Source: Pseudomonadota bacterium (GTDB lineage: Bacteria > Pseudomonadota > Alphaproteobacteria > Rhizobiales > Xanthobacteraceae). From it: a DNA stretch of 64,000 bases. The notes under the pieces are model-generated. The model saw only the letters and a program-made list of their open reading frames with translations. It ran no database searches and was not told where the DNA came from. The stretch is from contig JAEWHP010000001.1 in the NCBI GenBank assembly GCA_023387735.1, forward strand, positions 12,077 to 76,076, in the 5' to 3' direction. A program made the position numbers and the translations under genes. This document shows positions 29,379 to 39,543 of this stretch, in pieces (within the stretch, counting starts at the first letter, position 1; each line of letters starts with the position of its first letter).

Positions 29379-29525
29379 TTCGGGAGAAAAACACGAATAA
29401 TTTCAATAGGCGGAAAATGCGAAGGCGCGATTTTTGCCCCACGGAACAAATCCCGCGGTCCTGAACCGGCGAGGGCGATGGGAGACTTAGTACCACCGGC
29501 CGCTGGGTTTAGCCGACGGACGGGC

Positions 29526-30266
29526 TCAGCCCTTCTCGCCGGTCGGGGAGAACAGGTAGCCGCCGCCCCGGATGGTGCGGATGACGGCGGGCTTGGTCGG
29601 GTCGATCTCGATCTTGCGGCGAATCCGCATGATCCGCAGGTCGACGGCGCGGTCGAACGCCTCGGCGTCGCGCGCGTTGGCCAGTTCAAGCAGCCGCTCG
29701 CGCGACAGCACGCGCTTGGGGTTGGCGGCGAACACTTTCAACAGCCCGAATTCGGAAGCCGTCAGTGGATGCTCGTTGCCTTCGTCGTCGCGCAGCGCCT
29801 GCGCTTCGAGGTCGAGCCATTTGGTGCCGAATCGCACCAGCTGCTCCTTCTCCGCCTTTGCAGCGGCAGTCTCCGGCGCGGCGGCCGCCTTTGCCGGCGT
29901 GCTGCGTCGAAGCACGGAGCGAATGCGTGCCATCAGTTCGCGCAGTTCGCAGGGTTTTGCGATGTAATCGTCGGCGCCGAGCTCGAGCCCGACGACGCGG
30001 TCGATCGGGCTTGCGGTCGCCGTCAGCATGATGACGGGGACGTTGATCCGGCTCTTGAGGTCGCGGATGATCGAGAGCCCGTCTTCCTCGGGCATGTTGA
30101 GGTCGAGCACCACGAGGTCGGGCACGTTGGTCTCGATCACGCTGCGCAGGCTCTTGCCGCCGTCGCACAGCGTCACCCCAAAGCCGTGCATCTTCAGATA
30201 GTCACCGACCATTTCGCGGGCCGGTGCCTCGTCATCGACGATGATGATGTGCGGGCTCTGGGTCAT
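29526..30266 (-). CDS. OmpR-family response regulator
   Basis: IIIVDDE, VLDLNMP, GADDYIAKP and winged-helix DRAVDLRIMRIRRKIE...IRTIRGGGY motifs. Confidence 0.95.
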   Translation of the reverse strand: MTQSPHIIIVDDEAPAREMVGDYLKMHGFGVTLCDGGKSLRSVIETNVPDLVVLDLNMPEEDGLSIIRDLKSRINVPVIMLTATASPIDRVVGLELGADDYIAKPCELRELMARIRSVLRRSTPAKAAAAPETAAAKAEKEQLVRFGTKWLDLEAQALRDDEGNEHPLTASEFGLLKVFAANPKRVLSRERLLELANARDAEAFDRAVDLRIMRIRRKIEIDPTKPAVIRTIRGGGYLFSPTGEKG

Positions 30267-32008
30267 GACGTCTCTGATGCCGGCAGTTTAACCGTAAACG
30301 TCGATCCCTGTCCGGGGCCGCCGCTCTCGGCGGTCACATGGCCGCCATGCATGTCGATGATGCGTTTGACGATCGACAGGCCGAGGCCGGTCGAACTCTC
30401 TCCCGCCGTCGGCTTGGCCGACAGCCGCTGGAACCGACCGAACAACCGGCCGAGATCCTCGGGGCTGAGGCCCGCGCCCTCATCGGCAATGCGGATCACA
30501 GTGTCGCTGTCCTCATGAGTAACCGCAACCGCGATCTTGCCGCCGATCGGCGAATATTTGATGGCGTTGCTGACGAGATTGTCGATCGCCTCGCGGATCC
30601 GGTCGGCGTCGCACATGGTGACGATGTTTGGCGGCGCCGATACGTTGATCCGCTGCTGCTTGTTGACCGCCGAGGGCAGGTTGGAATCGGTTACTTCGGC
30701 AACGAGGGCCGCGATGTCGACCGGCTCGCGGCGGATCGTGATGTCGAAGGCGTCCGCCATCGCATCGGAAATCAGGTGGTCGACCATCGAGGTCAGGCGC
30801 TTGGTGGCGTCGCGGATGTGCTCGACCTGCGCGGTGACGTTCTCCTTGGGTGAGCCGGCGCCGATCAGTTCGGTCAGCATTTCGGTGCGGCCGAGGATCA
30901 CGCCGAGCGGGTTCTTCAGGTCGTGCGCAACGGTCCCCAGGATTTCGTTCTTGAAGCCGTTGGCGCGCTGCAGCCGCAGCCACTGCGCCGACAGGCGGCG
31001 GTTGGCCTGCATCAGCGCGCGGGTGCGCTGGGCGACGCGGTCCTCGAGCTGGGTGTTGGCCTCGTGCAATTGCCGGTAGAGGATGACGTTGTCGAACGCG
31101 ATCGACAGGCGGCTCGAGAAGATCTCGACCAGGGCGCGGTCGGTATCGGAAAGCTGGCGCTCCGCCTGCAGCAGCACCACCACTTCGCGGCCAGAGCCGG
31201 TGCGCAGATAGAGCACGCTGCGGTGGTCGGCGAACTCGTTCTTGCGACGCTGGAAAGCGGCCTCCACCATCTGCCGCAAATCCGCGTCGAGCGACTTGGA
31301 GCTGGTCGAGCCGATGAAGCGGCTGTAGCAGCCCGAGCCCGCCAGCACCGAAAACTCGCTGCCGGGCGCGCCGTCGTCGCGCAGCACCAGAATGCCGGCG
31401 CAATCGACATTGAGCAGCGAGGCGAGCTGCGTCAGCACGCCTTCCGCAAGGCGCTGCATCGACTTGAAGTCGTAAAGGGTCGAGGCGGCGTCGATGATGA
31501 TTTCCAGCCCGCGCCGGGTCTGCACCATGCGCTCGAGCTGCTGGTAGCTGCGCAGCGCCGCCGTCAGCGAGGTGAACAGCTTGTCGGCCGTCAACTCGGT
31601 CTTGGCCTTGTAGTCGTTGATGTCGTACTGCACGATGACGCGGCGTTCGGGGGCCTGGCCGGGCTGGCCGGTGCGCAGGATGATGCGCACGGTCTCGTTC
31701 TTGATCTCGTTGCGGATGTATTCGACGAGCTCCAGGCCCGCGATATCCGTTTCCATGATGACGTCGAGCAGCACGGCCGCGACATCAGGGTTGTCGCGCA
31801 TCAGGACGCGGCCTTCGGCTGCCGAGTAGGCCGACAGGATTTCCAGCGTGGCGCCGTGGAGGTTGTAGTCGCTCAGCGCAAAGCGGGTGCCTTCGTGGAC
31901 GGCGGCATCGTCGTCTATGACGGCGATCTTCCATTTGCGTACAGACGAGTCCTCCGGAACGGTCCCGGTATCGTCGATCAGGTGGAGGACATCGTCCTGT
32001 TCGGCCAT
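30263..32008 (-). CDS. Cytoplasmic hybrid protein: receiver + DUF3369-like region + histidine kinase
   Basis: VIDDD, LLDVIME, RIILRTGQPGQAPE; H-box AHDLKNPL; NLVSNAIKYS; DEGAG; GLGL. Confidence 0.9.
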   Translation of the reverse strand: MAEQDDVLHLIDDTGTVPEDSSVRKWKIAVIDDDAAVHEGTRFALSDYNLHGATLEILSAYSAAEGRVLMRDNPDVAAVLLDVIMETDIAGLELVEYIRNEIKNETVRIILRTGQPGQAPERRVIVQYDINDYKAKTELTADKLFTSLTAALRSYQQLERMVQTRRGLEIIIDAASTLYDFKSMQRLAEGVLTQLASLLNVDCAGILVLRDDGAPGSEFSVLAGSGCYSRFIGSTSSKSLDADLRQMVEAAFQRRKNEFADHRSVLYLRTGSGREVVVLLQAERQLSDTDRALVEIFSSRLSIAFDNVILYRQLHEANTQLEDRVAQRTRALMQANRRLSAQWLRLQRANGFKNEILGTVAHDLKNPLGVILGRTEMLTELIGAGSPKENVTAQVEHIRDATKRLTSMVDHLISDAMADAFDITIRREPVDIAALVAEVTDSNLPSAVNKQQRINVSAPPNIVTMCDADRIREAIDNLVSNAIKYSPIGGKIAVAVTHEDSDTVIRIADEGAGLSPEDLGRLFGRFQRLSAKPTAGESSTGLGLSIVKRIIDMHGGHVTAESGGPGQGSTFTVKLPASETS

Positions 32009-34065
32009 TGAGAGGTTCCGTCGGCTGCTGCCTGGTCTGGAATCGTGGGTTCGCCCTTGGCGACTTTCGGCATGATAATGCGGAAGGTGGTGCCCTGTCC
32101 CAGCCTCGACTCCAGCATCATCCGGCCGCCGAGCTGTTGAGTGACAAGATTATAGACGATATGCAAGCCCAGTCCGGTACCGCCTTCGTTGCGGCGCGTC
32201 GTAAAAAACGGGTCGAACGCCTGCCGCTGAACGTCCGGGGTCATTCCGGCCCCGTTATCGGCAAAAATGATCTCGACATCGTCGCTGCCGCGGGCCCGGG
32301 CCGAGATCGAGATCGTCCCGGAACGGCCGTCGGCAAAGGCGTGGTTGGCCGCGTTGAGGAAAAGATTGGTTAATATCTGGCCGTAGGAGCCGGGATAGCC
32401 GTCGATCATGAGGCCCTCCGGCACGTCGACCGACAGGCTGATCGCCGCCTTTTTCAGCACCGGCCGCAGGCTGGCGACGATCTGATCGGTGGCCTCGCTG
32501 AGCATGAATTGCCGGCGTTCGGCGTGCGAGCGGTCGACCGCCACCTGCTTGAACGACTGGATCAGTTCGCCGGCCCGATGCAGGTTGGCGACCAGTTGCT
32601 GGGCGGCATCGCGCGAGGACTTGACGAAATCGTCGAGCTTGGAACGGCGCAACGGCTCGGTTCGCAGCTCCTGCTCGAAGGTGTCGGCGCGGCGCGCAAA
32701 ACTCGACGCCACGGTCAGGCTGATGCCGATCGGGTTGTTCACTTCATGGGCGACGCCGGCGACGAGGCCACCGAGCGCCGCAAGCCGTTCGGCGTCGATG
32801 AGGTTCTGCTGCGCGGTGTTGAGTTCGAGCAGTGCGCTCTCGGCCTTTTCCTTCGAGGCGCGCAATTCGTCCTCGGTCTTGCGCTTGGCGATGGCGTTCT
32901 CTCGGAATACTTCGACCGCGCGCGCCATGGCGCCGACCTCGTCTCTCGCGGTGGTGCCCTGGACGCTGCGATCGTAGTTGCCGGATGTGATCGCATGCAT
33001 CGCGGCCAGGATCTGCTGCAGCGGCAGGCGGATCGAAAGTGCGATAAGGACGCCGGCGGACAGGATGATCCCGAGGAAGATCACGGCGATCGACAGCACG
33101 CGTCTTGAAATGGCCGACAGCGTCCGGTCGAAGGTTTCCTGCGCCTTCTGCTCGCGCTGGCGCATCTTGACCGACAATTCGTCGATCACGCCGATCGCCT
33201 CCGCCTGGCTGGCGTCGATGGTGTTGCGCAGCAGCGCGGTGCGGATCGCAAGCTGCTCGGTCAGCTTCGCCATGCCCTCGCGCAGCGCCACGGTCCGCGC
33301 GCCCAGCCGCGTCAGCGCCATGCGCTGCAGGTCGTTGTCGGCAAGGTCGGACATCGCGGGAATGGTCTTTTCGATCGTCTCGGTATTCTTGCGCGCGTCC
33401 TCGGCCGATGCCGTCGCGAGCGACAAATAATAGGAGTTGGCGGCGACCAGCATCGCCGTGAACGCCTCGCGGGATTTTCCGAGCGACGGCCAGATCGCCG
33501 CGTCGCGATGGCCGGTGGCGCCTTCGATGATCGAATAAAGCCCGGCCATTTCCCGCGCCGGCCCCAGCACCTGCTGCTCATAGGTCCTGGTGATGGTCGT
33601 CTGCACCGCGCGCAATTCGCCGAAACCGTTGAGGAAGCGGTCGGTGACCTGTTCGAGCCGCTCGACCGATCCTGAAAGCATCGGATCGTTGGAGGCGCGC
33701 GTGGTGAGCGTGCCGAGCACCGCTTCGCGCAGCAGCAGGATCTCGGCGAACAGTTCGGGGCTCGGCTGGTTGATGTAGCGATGGATCAGGTTCTGCAGCC
33801 GGCTGGTTTCGCTTTCCAGCAGCGCCAGGATCTTGTCGGACTCGCGCACATGGCGGACGTCGTCCCAGGCCGATCCGAGCACCTTGACGCCGTTCCAGAT
33901 CAGGATGGCGAGCACGACGACGACGGCGGAGTTCAGTCCGGCGATCGACAGGATGCGCCAGCGGATCGGCACCGCGCGCAACAACTGGACAATGCGGGAA
34001 CGGCTGCGCGTGGCAAAGCCCGCCAGTCGATCCGTCGCCCGGTCCTGTTGCGGCTTGCCCGTCAA
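31978..34065 (-). CDS. Membrane sensor histidine kinase with a helical periplasmic domain and HAMP
   Basis: Two TM segments, HAMP DEVGAMARAVEVFR, H-box AHEVNNP, DNGAG and GTGLGL. TTG start at 34065 chosen for its GAGGTG RBS. Confidence 0.9.
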   Translation of the reverse strand: MTGKPQQDRATDRLAGFATRSRSRIVQLLRAVPIRWRILSIAGLNSAVVVVLAILIWNGVKVLGSAWDDVRHVRESDKILALLESETSRLQNLIHRYINQPSPELFAEILLLREAVLGTLTTRASNDPMLSGSVERLEQVTDRFLNGFGELRAVQTTITRTYEQQVLGPAREMAGLYSIIEGATGHRDAAIWPSLGKSREAFTAMLVAANSYYLSLATASAEDARKNTETIEKTIPAMSDLADNDLQRMALTRLGARTVALREGMAKLTEQLAIRTALLRNTIDASQAEAIGVIDELSVKMRQREQKAQETFDRTLSAISRRVLSIAVIFLGIILSAGVLIALSIRLPLQQILAAMHAITSGNYDRSVQGTTARDEVGAMARAVEVFRENAIAKRKTEDELRASKEKAESALLELNTAQQNLIDAERLAALGGLVAGVAHEVNNPIGISLTVASSFARRADTFEQELRTEPLRRSKLDDFVKSSRDAAQQLVANLHRAGELIQSFKQVAVDRSHAERRQFMLSEATDQIVASLRPVLKKAAISLSVDVPEGLMIDGYPGSYGQILTNLFLNAANHAFADGRSGTISISARARGSDDVEIIFADNGAGMTPDVQRQAFDPFFTTRRNEGGTGLGLHIVYNLVTQQLGGRMMLESRLGQGTTFRIIMPKVAKGEPTIPDQAAADGTSQWPNRTMSST

Positions 34066-34449
34066 TTTATTGCCACCTCGCGAAACGCAGTACGAAAATC
34101 GCGCGCATAAACGCCCGTTGAAAGCGCCGTTACCGACAGCGAAACAACAAGCATCACGGTCCGCGAAAGTTCGGCGCGGCGGTACACAGGCGACACATCC
34201 CCTTAGTGATTGAGTCGGCGGCGGGAACAAAAGGTTCAACGCCGTTTTTAGCAGAATTTGTCGATACTTGGCTATCTCGCTGGCGGCCGCCGGAGGCTTG
34301 ATCCTCAGGTTATCCCGGCTGTTCGACTGCAATCGTCAATTGTGCGCTGCGAGCGACGTCGAGATGGATTGAAACCGTGGCCGCAGCGATCTATGAGGGC
34401 ATTTGCGAACATGCGCATCGCGCGCCGCCGTAAAGCAGGATGATCATCG

Positions 34450-35772
34450 GTGAAACGGGCCTTGAAATTCTTGCAACTCGTCGGGCTTGCAGCATTGGCG
34501 CTGTCATCTCCCGCGCAGGCTGCGACCGAGATCATGTGGTGGCATGCGATGTCGGGGCAGCTCGGCAAGCAGCTGGAAAAGCTGGCGGCCGATTTCAACG
34601 CCTCGCAGCCCGACTACAGGATCGTACCCGCTTACAAGGGCAGCTACACCGAGACGGTCACGGCCGCAATTTTCGCCTTCCGCTCGCGCAGCCAACCCGC
34701 GATCGTTCAGGTCAACGAAGTTGCGACCGCCACCATGATGGCGGCGAAGGGCGCGATCTATCCGGTATTCGAATTGATGCGCGACCAGTCGGAGCCGTTC
34801 TCGCCGGAGGCGTATCTGCCGGCCGTGACCGGCTACTACTCCGACGTTGCCGGCAACATGTTGTCGTTTCCGTTCAACGTCTCGACGCCGATCCTCTACT
34901 ACAACAAGGACGTTTTCCGCTCTGCCGGCCTCGATCCGGAGATGGCGCCGAAGACCTGGCCCGAGGTTGGCGCTGCCGCCAAGCGCCTGCGCGCGGCGGG
35001 TTCGCCTTGCGGGCTGACCACATCCTGGCCCTCCTGGATCAATGTCGAGAATTTTTCGGCGTTCCATAATCTGCCGTTGGCGACCCGGACCAACGGTTTC
35101 AGTGGTCTCGATGCCGAGCTTGCCTTCAACAATCCGCGGGTGGTCCACCACATCGCCCAGCTTGCGGAATGGCAGGGCACGAAAGTCTTCGACTACAGCG
35201 GCCGGGGGCAGTCGGCCGAGCCGCGCTTCCAGAAAGGCGAATGCGGAATCTTCATCGGTTCCTCGGCGACGCGCGCGGACATCAAGGCCAATTCGAAGTT
35301 CGAAGTCGGTTACGGCATGATTCCGTATTGGCCCGAAATTGACGCCGCGCCGCAAAACAGCATCATCGGCGGCGCCACGCTGTGGGTGCTGCGCGACCGG
35401 CCGCGTGCCGAATACGCCGGCGTAGCGCGGTTCTTCGCCTATCTCTCGCGGCCGGAAGTCCAGGCGGCCTGGCACCAGAACACCGGCTACCTGCCGATCA
35501 CCCGCGCCGCCTTCGACCTCAGTCGCACGCAGGGCTTCTACGATCGCAATCCGGGCGCGGCCAGTGGCATCGAACAGCTGACGTTGAAGCCGCCGACGGC
35601 GAATTCGAGAGGGATCCGGCTCGGATCCTTCGTCCTGATCCGCGACGTCATCGAGGACGAACTCGAGCAGGTTTTCAGCGGTAAGAGATCCGCGCAGGCC
35701 GCCCTCGACCACGCCGTCGAGCGCGGCAACCGCCTGCTGCGGCAGTTCGAGCGGGCGAATCCGGACCGGTAG
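34450..35772 (+). CDS. ugpB: UgpB-like sn-glycerol-3-phosphate-binding protein (stand-alone)
   Basis: WWHAMSG, QVNEVATATMM, PFNVSTPILYYNKD, NSIIGGATLWV and WHQNTGYLP motifs. Confidence 0.88.
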   Translation: MKRALKFLQLVGLAALALSSPAQAATEIMWWHAMSGQLGKQLEKLAADFNASQPDYRIVPAYKGSYTETVTAAIFAFRSRSQPAIVQVNEVATATMMAAKGAIYPVFELMRDQSEPFSPEAYLPAVTGYYSDVAGNMLSFPFNVSTPILYYNKDVFRSAGLDPEMAPKTWPEVGAAAKRLRAAGSPCGLTTSWPSWINVENFSAFHNLPLATRTNGFSGLDAELAFNNPRVVHHIAQLAEWQGTKVFDYSGRGQSAEPRFQKGECGIFIGSSATRADIKANSKFEVGYGMIPYWPEIDAAPQNSIIGGATLWVLRDRPRAEYAGVARFFAYLSRPEVQAAWHQNTGYLPITRAAFDLSRTQGFYDRNPGAASGIEQLTLKPPTANSRGIRLGSFVLIRDVIEDELEQVFSGKRSAQAALDHAVERGNRLLRQFERANPDR

Positions 35773-35793
35773 AAGCCTCGCACAGCAAACGAG

Positions 35794-35843
35794 CGCTCAA
35801 AATTTCTGCACGAATTGTGAGCAATTCTGCACCTTTGTATGCA
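35794..35843. promoter_or_regulatory. NtrC-like enhancer sites
   Basis: TGCAC-N7-GAGCA at 35807-35823 plus weaker flanking copies, about 110 bp upstream of a sigma54 promoter. Confidence 0.6.
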
Positions 35844-35930
35844 ATCCGCCAGGATGGCTCTTTCGCTCGATTCGGGTCATTCCGAAGCAAAATCAGCAGC
35901 TTGAGCCAAAATTAGCCTTTCCTTAAGGAT

Positions 35931-35945
35931 TGGCACGAACCTTGC
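35931..35945 (+). promoter_or_regulatory. sigma54 -24/-12 promoter
   Basis: TGGCAC-GAACC-TTGC matches the consensus TGGCAC-N5-TTGC. Confidence 0.85.
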
Positions 35946-35992
35946 GATCCCTGTTCCAAAGCCCGTTTCCCTCTGGCGTTGGAGCATTCCCC

Positions 35993-37612
35993 ATGAAGCG
36001 TCGCGATTTTCTCAAATCCGTCACCGGCGTGGCCGCGGGCGCGCTGGTGCCGGCGCCTGCGATCTGGTCCTCGGCAAAAGCCCAGTCGCGGTCGGAGACG
36101 CTGCTGATCGTGTCGGAGGGCGGTCCCAACAACCTCGACATCCATGGCGTCGGCACCAACGTGCCCGGCTACGAGGTGTCGTGGAATTGCTACGACCGCC
36201 TGATCACCCACGAGATGAAGAGCGGTCCCGGCGGCGTGCCGTATTACGACCGCGACAAGTTCAAGGGCGAACTCGCCGACGACATGAAGATCGACGACAT
36301 GTCGGTGACCTTCAAGCTGAAGAAGAACGCCAAATTCCACGACGGCGCGCCGGTGACGGCCAAGGACGTCAAATGGTCGCTCGATCGCGCGGTCTCCGTT
36401 GGCGGCTTCCCGACTTTCCAGATGAGCGCGGGCTCGCTGACCAAGGCCGAGCAGTTCGTCGTCGTCGACGACAGCACGGTACGGGTGGACTTTGCCAGGA
36501 AGGATCGCCTGACGATTCCCGATCTCGCCGTCATCGTGCCCTGCATCGTCAATTCCGAACTGGTGAAGAAGCACGCCAGCGAGAAGGACCCCTGGGGGCT
36601 CGAATACACCAAGCAGCAGACCGCGGGCTCCGGCGCCTACAAGCTGGCGAAATGGACCGCCGGCACCGAAGTGATCATGGAGCGCAACGACGAGTGGGTT
36701 GGCGGTCCCCTGCCGAAGATCAAGCGCGTGATCTGGCGCATGGTGCCGCAGGCCGGCAATCGCCGCGCGCTGCTCGAGCGCGGTGACGCCGACATCTCCT
36801 ACGAACTGCCGTTCAAGGATTTCCAGGAGATGAAGGCCAACGGCAAGCTCAACGTGGTGTCGCTGCCGTTCTCCAACGGTATCCAGTATATCGGCATGAA
36901 CGTCACCAAGCCGCCGTTCGACAATCCGAAGGTGCGTCAGGCGATGGCTTATGCGATGCCGTATCAGAAGATCATCGACGCCGTGCTGTTCGGCCTCGCC
37001 AATCCGATGTTCGGCGCCGCTGCGGACAAGGCCACCGAGGTCGCCTGGCCGCAGCCGACCAAATATTCCACCGACATGGCCAAGGCCAAGGCGCTGCTCG
37101 CAGAGGCCGGCTACGCCAACGGTTTCGAAACGACGATCTCGTTCGACCTGAATTTCGCAGGGGTCAACGAGCCGCTCTGCATCCTGGTGCAGGAATCTCT
37201 CGCGCAACTCGGCATCAAGACCACGATCAACAAGGTGCCCGGCGCCAACTGGCGCACCGAACTGAACAAGAAGGAAATGCCGCTCTACACCAACGTGTTC
37301 TCGGGCTGGCTCGATTACCCCGAATACTTCTTCTACTGGTGCTATCACGGCAATAATTCCGTCTTCAACACCATGAGCTACAAGTCGCCGGAGATGGACA
37401 AGCTGATCGACGGCGCGCGAACGGCCGCCTCCAACGGCGACACCGCGACCTACGACAAGGACGTCAAGGGGTTCGTCGATCTCGCCTTCACCGACATCCC
37501 GCGCATCCCGCTGTATCAGCCGTTCGTCAACGTCGCGATGCAGAAGAATGTCTCGGGCTATCAGTACTGGTTCCACCGCCGGCTGGATTATCGCACGCTG
37601 GTGAAAGCGTAA
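35993..37612 (+). CDS. Family 5 (peptide/nickel-type) ABC substrate-binding protein, Tat-exported
   Basis: MKRRDFL and AKFHDGAPVTAKDVKWS motifs. Confidence 0.92.
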   Translation: MKRRDFLKSVTGVAAGALVPAPAIWSSAKAQSRSETLLIVSEGGPNNLDIHGVGTNVPGYEVSWNCYDRLITHEMKSGPGGVPYYDRDKFKGELADDMKIDDMSVTFKLKKNAKFHDGAPVTAKDVKWSLDRAVSVGGFPTFQMSAGSLTKAEQFVVVDDSTVRVDFARKDRLTIPDLAVIVPCIVNSELVKKHASEKDPWGLEYTKQQTAGSGAYKLAKWTAGTEVIMERNDEWVGGPLPKIKRVIWRMVPQAGNRRALLERGDADISYELPFKDFQEMKANGKLNVVSLPFSNGIQYIGMNVTKPPFDNPKVRQAMAYAMPYQKIIDAVLFGLANPMFGAAADKATEVAWPQPTKYSTDMAKAKALLAEAGYANGFETTISFDLNFAGVNEPLCILVQESLAQLGIKTTINKVPGANWRTELNKKEMPLYTNVFSGWLDYPEYFFYWCYHGNNSVFNTMSYKSPEMDKLIDGARTAASNGDTATYDKDVKGFVDLAFTDIPRIPLYQPFVNVAMQKNVSGYQYWFHRRLDYRTLVKA

Positions 37613-37618
37613 TCCGCC

Positions 37619-38632
37619 ATGCTGACGATGATCGGCAAGCGGCTGATGTTTGCGATCCCGTCGCTGATCGGGGTCGTGATCGTCACGTTCCTGCTGACGC
37701 GGGCGCTGCCGGGCGATCCGGCCGCATATTTTGCCGGACCGGCCGCGACCAAGGAAGCGGTCGAGCAGATCCGCAAGAAGCTCGGCCTCGACAAGCCCCT
37801 GATCGAGCAGTTCCTGCGCTACACCGGCGATCTTGCGCGCGGCGATTTCGGCAACTCGCTGACGACCGGCCAGCCGGTCGCCACCGAGATCCGCAACCGC
37901 CTGCCGGCATCGGCCGAACTGACGCTGCTCGGTCTGTTCGTTTCGGTCATCATCGCCATTCCGCTCGGCGTGCTTGCCGCCACCCGGCCGGGCTCGTGGA
38001 TCGACCACCTCTGCCGCGTCACGACCACCGCCGGCGTATCGCTGCCGGTGTTCTTTACCGGTTTGGTGCTGGTCTACGTGTTCTATTTCAGGCTCGGCTG
38101 GTCGCCGGCGCCGCTCGGCCGGCTCGACGTGTTCTACAGCGCGCCGCCGACGATCACGGGCTTCTACCTGATCGACACTTTGATCGCGCGCGATTTCGAG
38201 GCGTTTCGCTCTGCGCTGAGCCAGCTCATCCTGCCGGCGACGACGCTTGCGATCTTCTCGCTGGCGCCGATCGCGCGCATGACGCGGGCCTCGATGCTGG
38301 CGGTGCTGGCGTCCGAATTCGTCCGCACTGCGCGGGCGAGCGGGCTGTCGCCGTCGACCGTGATCGTCACCTACGCGTTCCGCAACGCGATGCTGCCCGT
38401 CATCACCACGCTCAGCATGGTGTTCTCGTTCCTGCTCGGCGCCAACGTGCTGGTCGAGAAGGTGTTCGCCTGGCCCGGCATCGGCTCCTACGCGGTCGAA
38501 GCGCTGATCTCCTCGGATTTCGCCCCGGTGCAGGGTTTCGTGCTGACCATGGCCGTCATGTACGTGCTGCTGAACCTGATTATCGACATTCTCTACGGCG
38601 TGATCGATCCACGAGTCCGGCTCGAAGGATGA
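37619..38632 (+). CDS. ABC permease (DppB type)
   Basis: LPGDPA, LGLDKPL and EFVRTARASGL motifs. Confidence 0.92.
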   Translation: MLTMIGKRLMFAIPSLIGVVIVTFLLTRALPGDPAAYFAGPAATKEAVEQIRKKLGLDKPLIEQFLRYTGDLARGDFGNSLTTGQPVATEIRNRLPASAELTLLGLFVSVIIAIPLGVLAATRPGSWIDHLCRVTTTAGVSLPVFFTGLVLVYVFYFRLGWSPAPLGRLDVFYSAPPTITGFYLIDTLIARDFEAFRSALSQLILPATTLAIFSLAPIARMTRASMLAVLASEFVRTARASGLSPSTVIVTYAFRNAMLPVITTLSMVFSFLLGANVLVEKVFAWPGIGSYAVEALISSDFAPVQGFVLTMAVMYVLLNLIIDILYGVIDPRVRLEG

Positions 38633-38641
38633 GGTTGGAAG

Positions 38642-39541
38642 ATGAGTGCTGTTCTGCCTGCCGTTGAACCCGCCGGTCCCGCGCGCACCTCGGGATTGGT
38701 CGCGATCCTCGAACACACCCGATATGTGCTGGGCGAGAACCGCGTCACCGCCTTTGCCTTCGGCCTGCTGGTCATCATACTGTTCGCCGCGATCTTCGGC
38801 CCCTATATCGTTCCCTACGATCCGCTTGCCAGCGACACCGCCTCGGCGCTGAAGCCGCCGTCGGCGGCGCACTGGTTCGGCACCGATCAACTCGGCCGCG
38901 ATATCTTCAGCCGCGTCATCGTCGCGACCCGACTGGACGTGTTCATCGCGGTCGCCTCGGTGGCGCTGGTGTTCCTGATGGGAGGCCTCGCCGGCATCGC
39001 CGCCGGCTATTTCGGCGGCTGGACCGACCGCATCGTAGGCCGCATCGCCGACACCATCATGGCGTTCCCGCTTTTCGTGCTGGCGATGGGCATCGTCGCT
39101 GCGCTCGGCAACACCGTGCAGAACATCATCATCGCGACCGCGATCGTCAACTTTCCGCTTTACGCGCGCGTCGCCCGCGCCGAGGCCAATGTCCGCCGCA
39201 ACGCCGGCTTCGTGCAGGCGGCGCGGCTGTCGGGCAACGGCGAAATGCGGATTCTGCTGGTGCACATTCTGCCCAATATCATGCCGATCATGATCGTGCA
39301 GATGTCGCTGACCATGGGCTACGCCATCCTCAACGCCGCCGGCCTTTCCTTCATCGGCCTCGGCGTCCGGCCGCCGACGGCGGAGTGGGGCATCATGGTT
39401 GCCGAAGGTGCAGGCTTCATGGTGTCGGGCGAATGGTGGATCGCGCTGTTCCCGGGTCTTGCGCTGATGCTGGCCGTGTTCTGCTTCAACCTGCTCGGCG
39501 ACGGCCTGCGCGACATCGTCGATCCGCAGCGGAGGACGTGA
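38642..39541 (+). CDS. ABC permease (DppC type)
   Basis: HWFGTDQLGRDIFSR and FNLLGDGLRD motifs. Confidence 0.92.
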   Translation: MSAVLPAVEPAGPARTSGLVAILEHTRYVLGENRVTAFAFGLLVIILFAAIFGPYIVPYDPLASDTASALKPPSAAHWFGTDQLGRDIFSRVIVATRLDVFIAVASVALVFLMGGLAGIAAGYFGGWTDRIVGRIADTIMAFPLFVLAMGIVAALGNTVQNIIIATAIVNFPLYARVARAEANVRRNAGFVQAARLSGNGEMRILLVHILPNIMPIMIVQMSLTMGYAILNAAGLSFIGLGVRPPTAEWGIMVAEGAGFMVSGEWWIALFPGLALMLAVFCFNLLGDGLRDIVDPQRRT

Positions 39542-39543
39542 TC

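Noticed and set aside
34066..34449. 384-bp intergenic region as a possible ncRNA
   Set aside because: No convincing stem-loop, terminator or known motif seen; adequately explained as a divergent promoter region.
35912..39265. 1117-aa minus-strand ORF
   Set aside because: Antisense shadow of three well-supported ABC genes; no recognisable motifs; expected with GC-rich codon bias.
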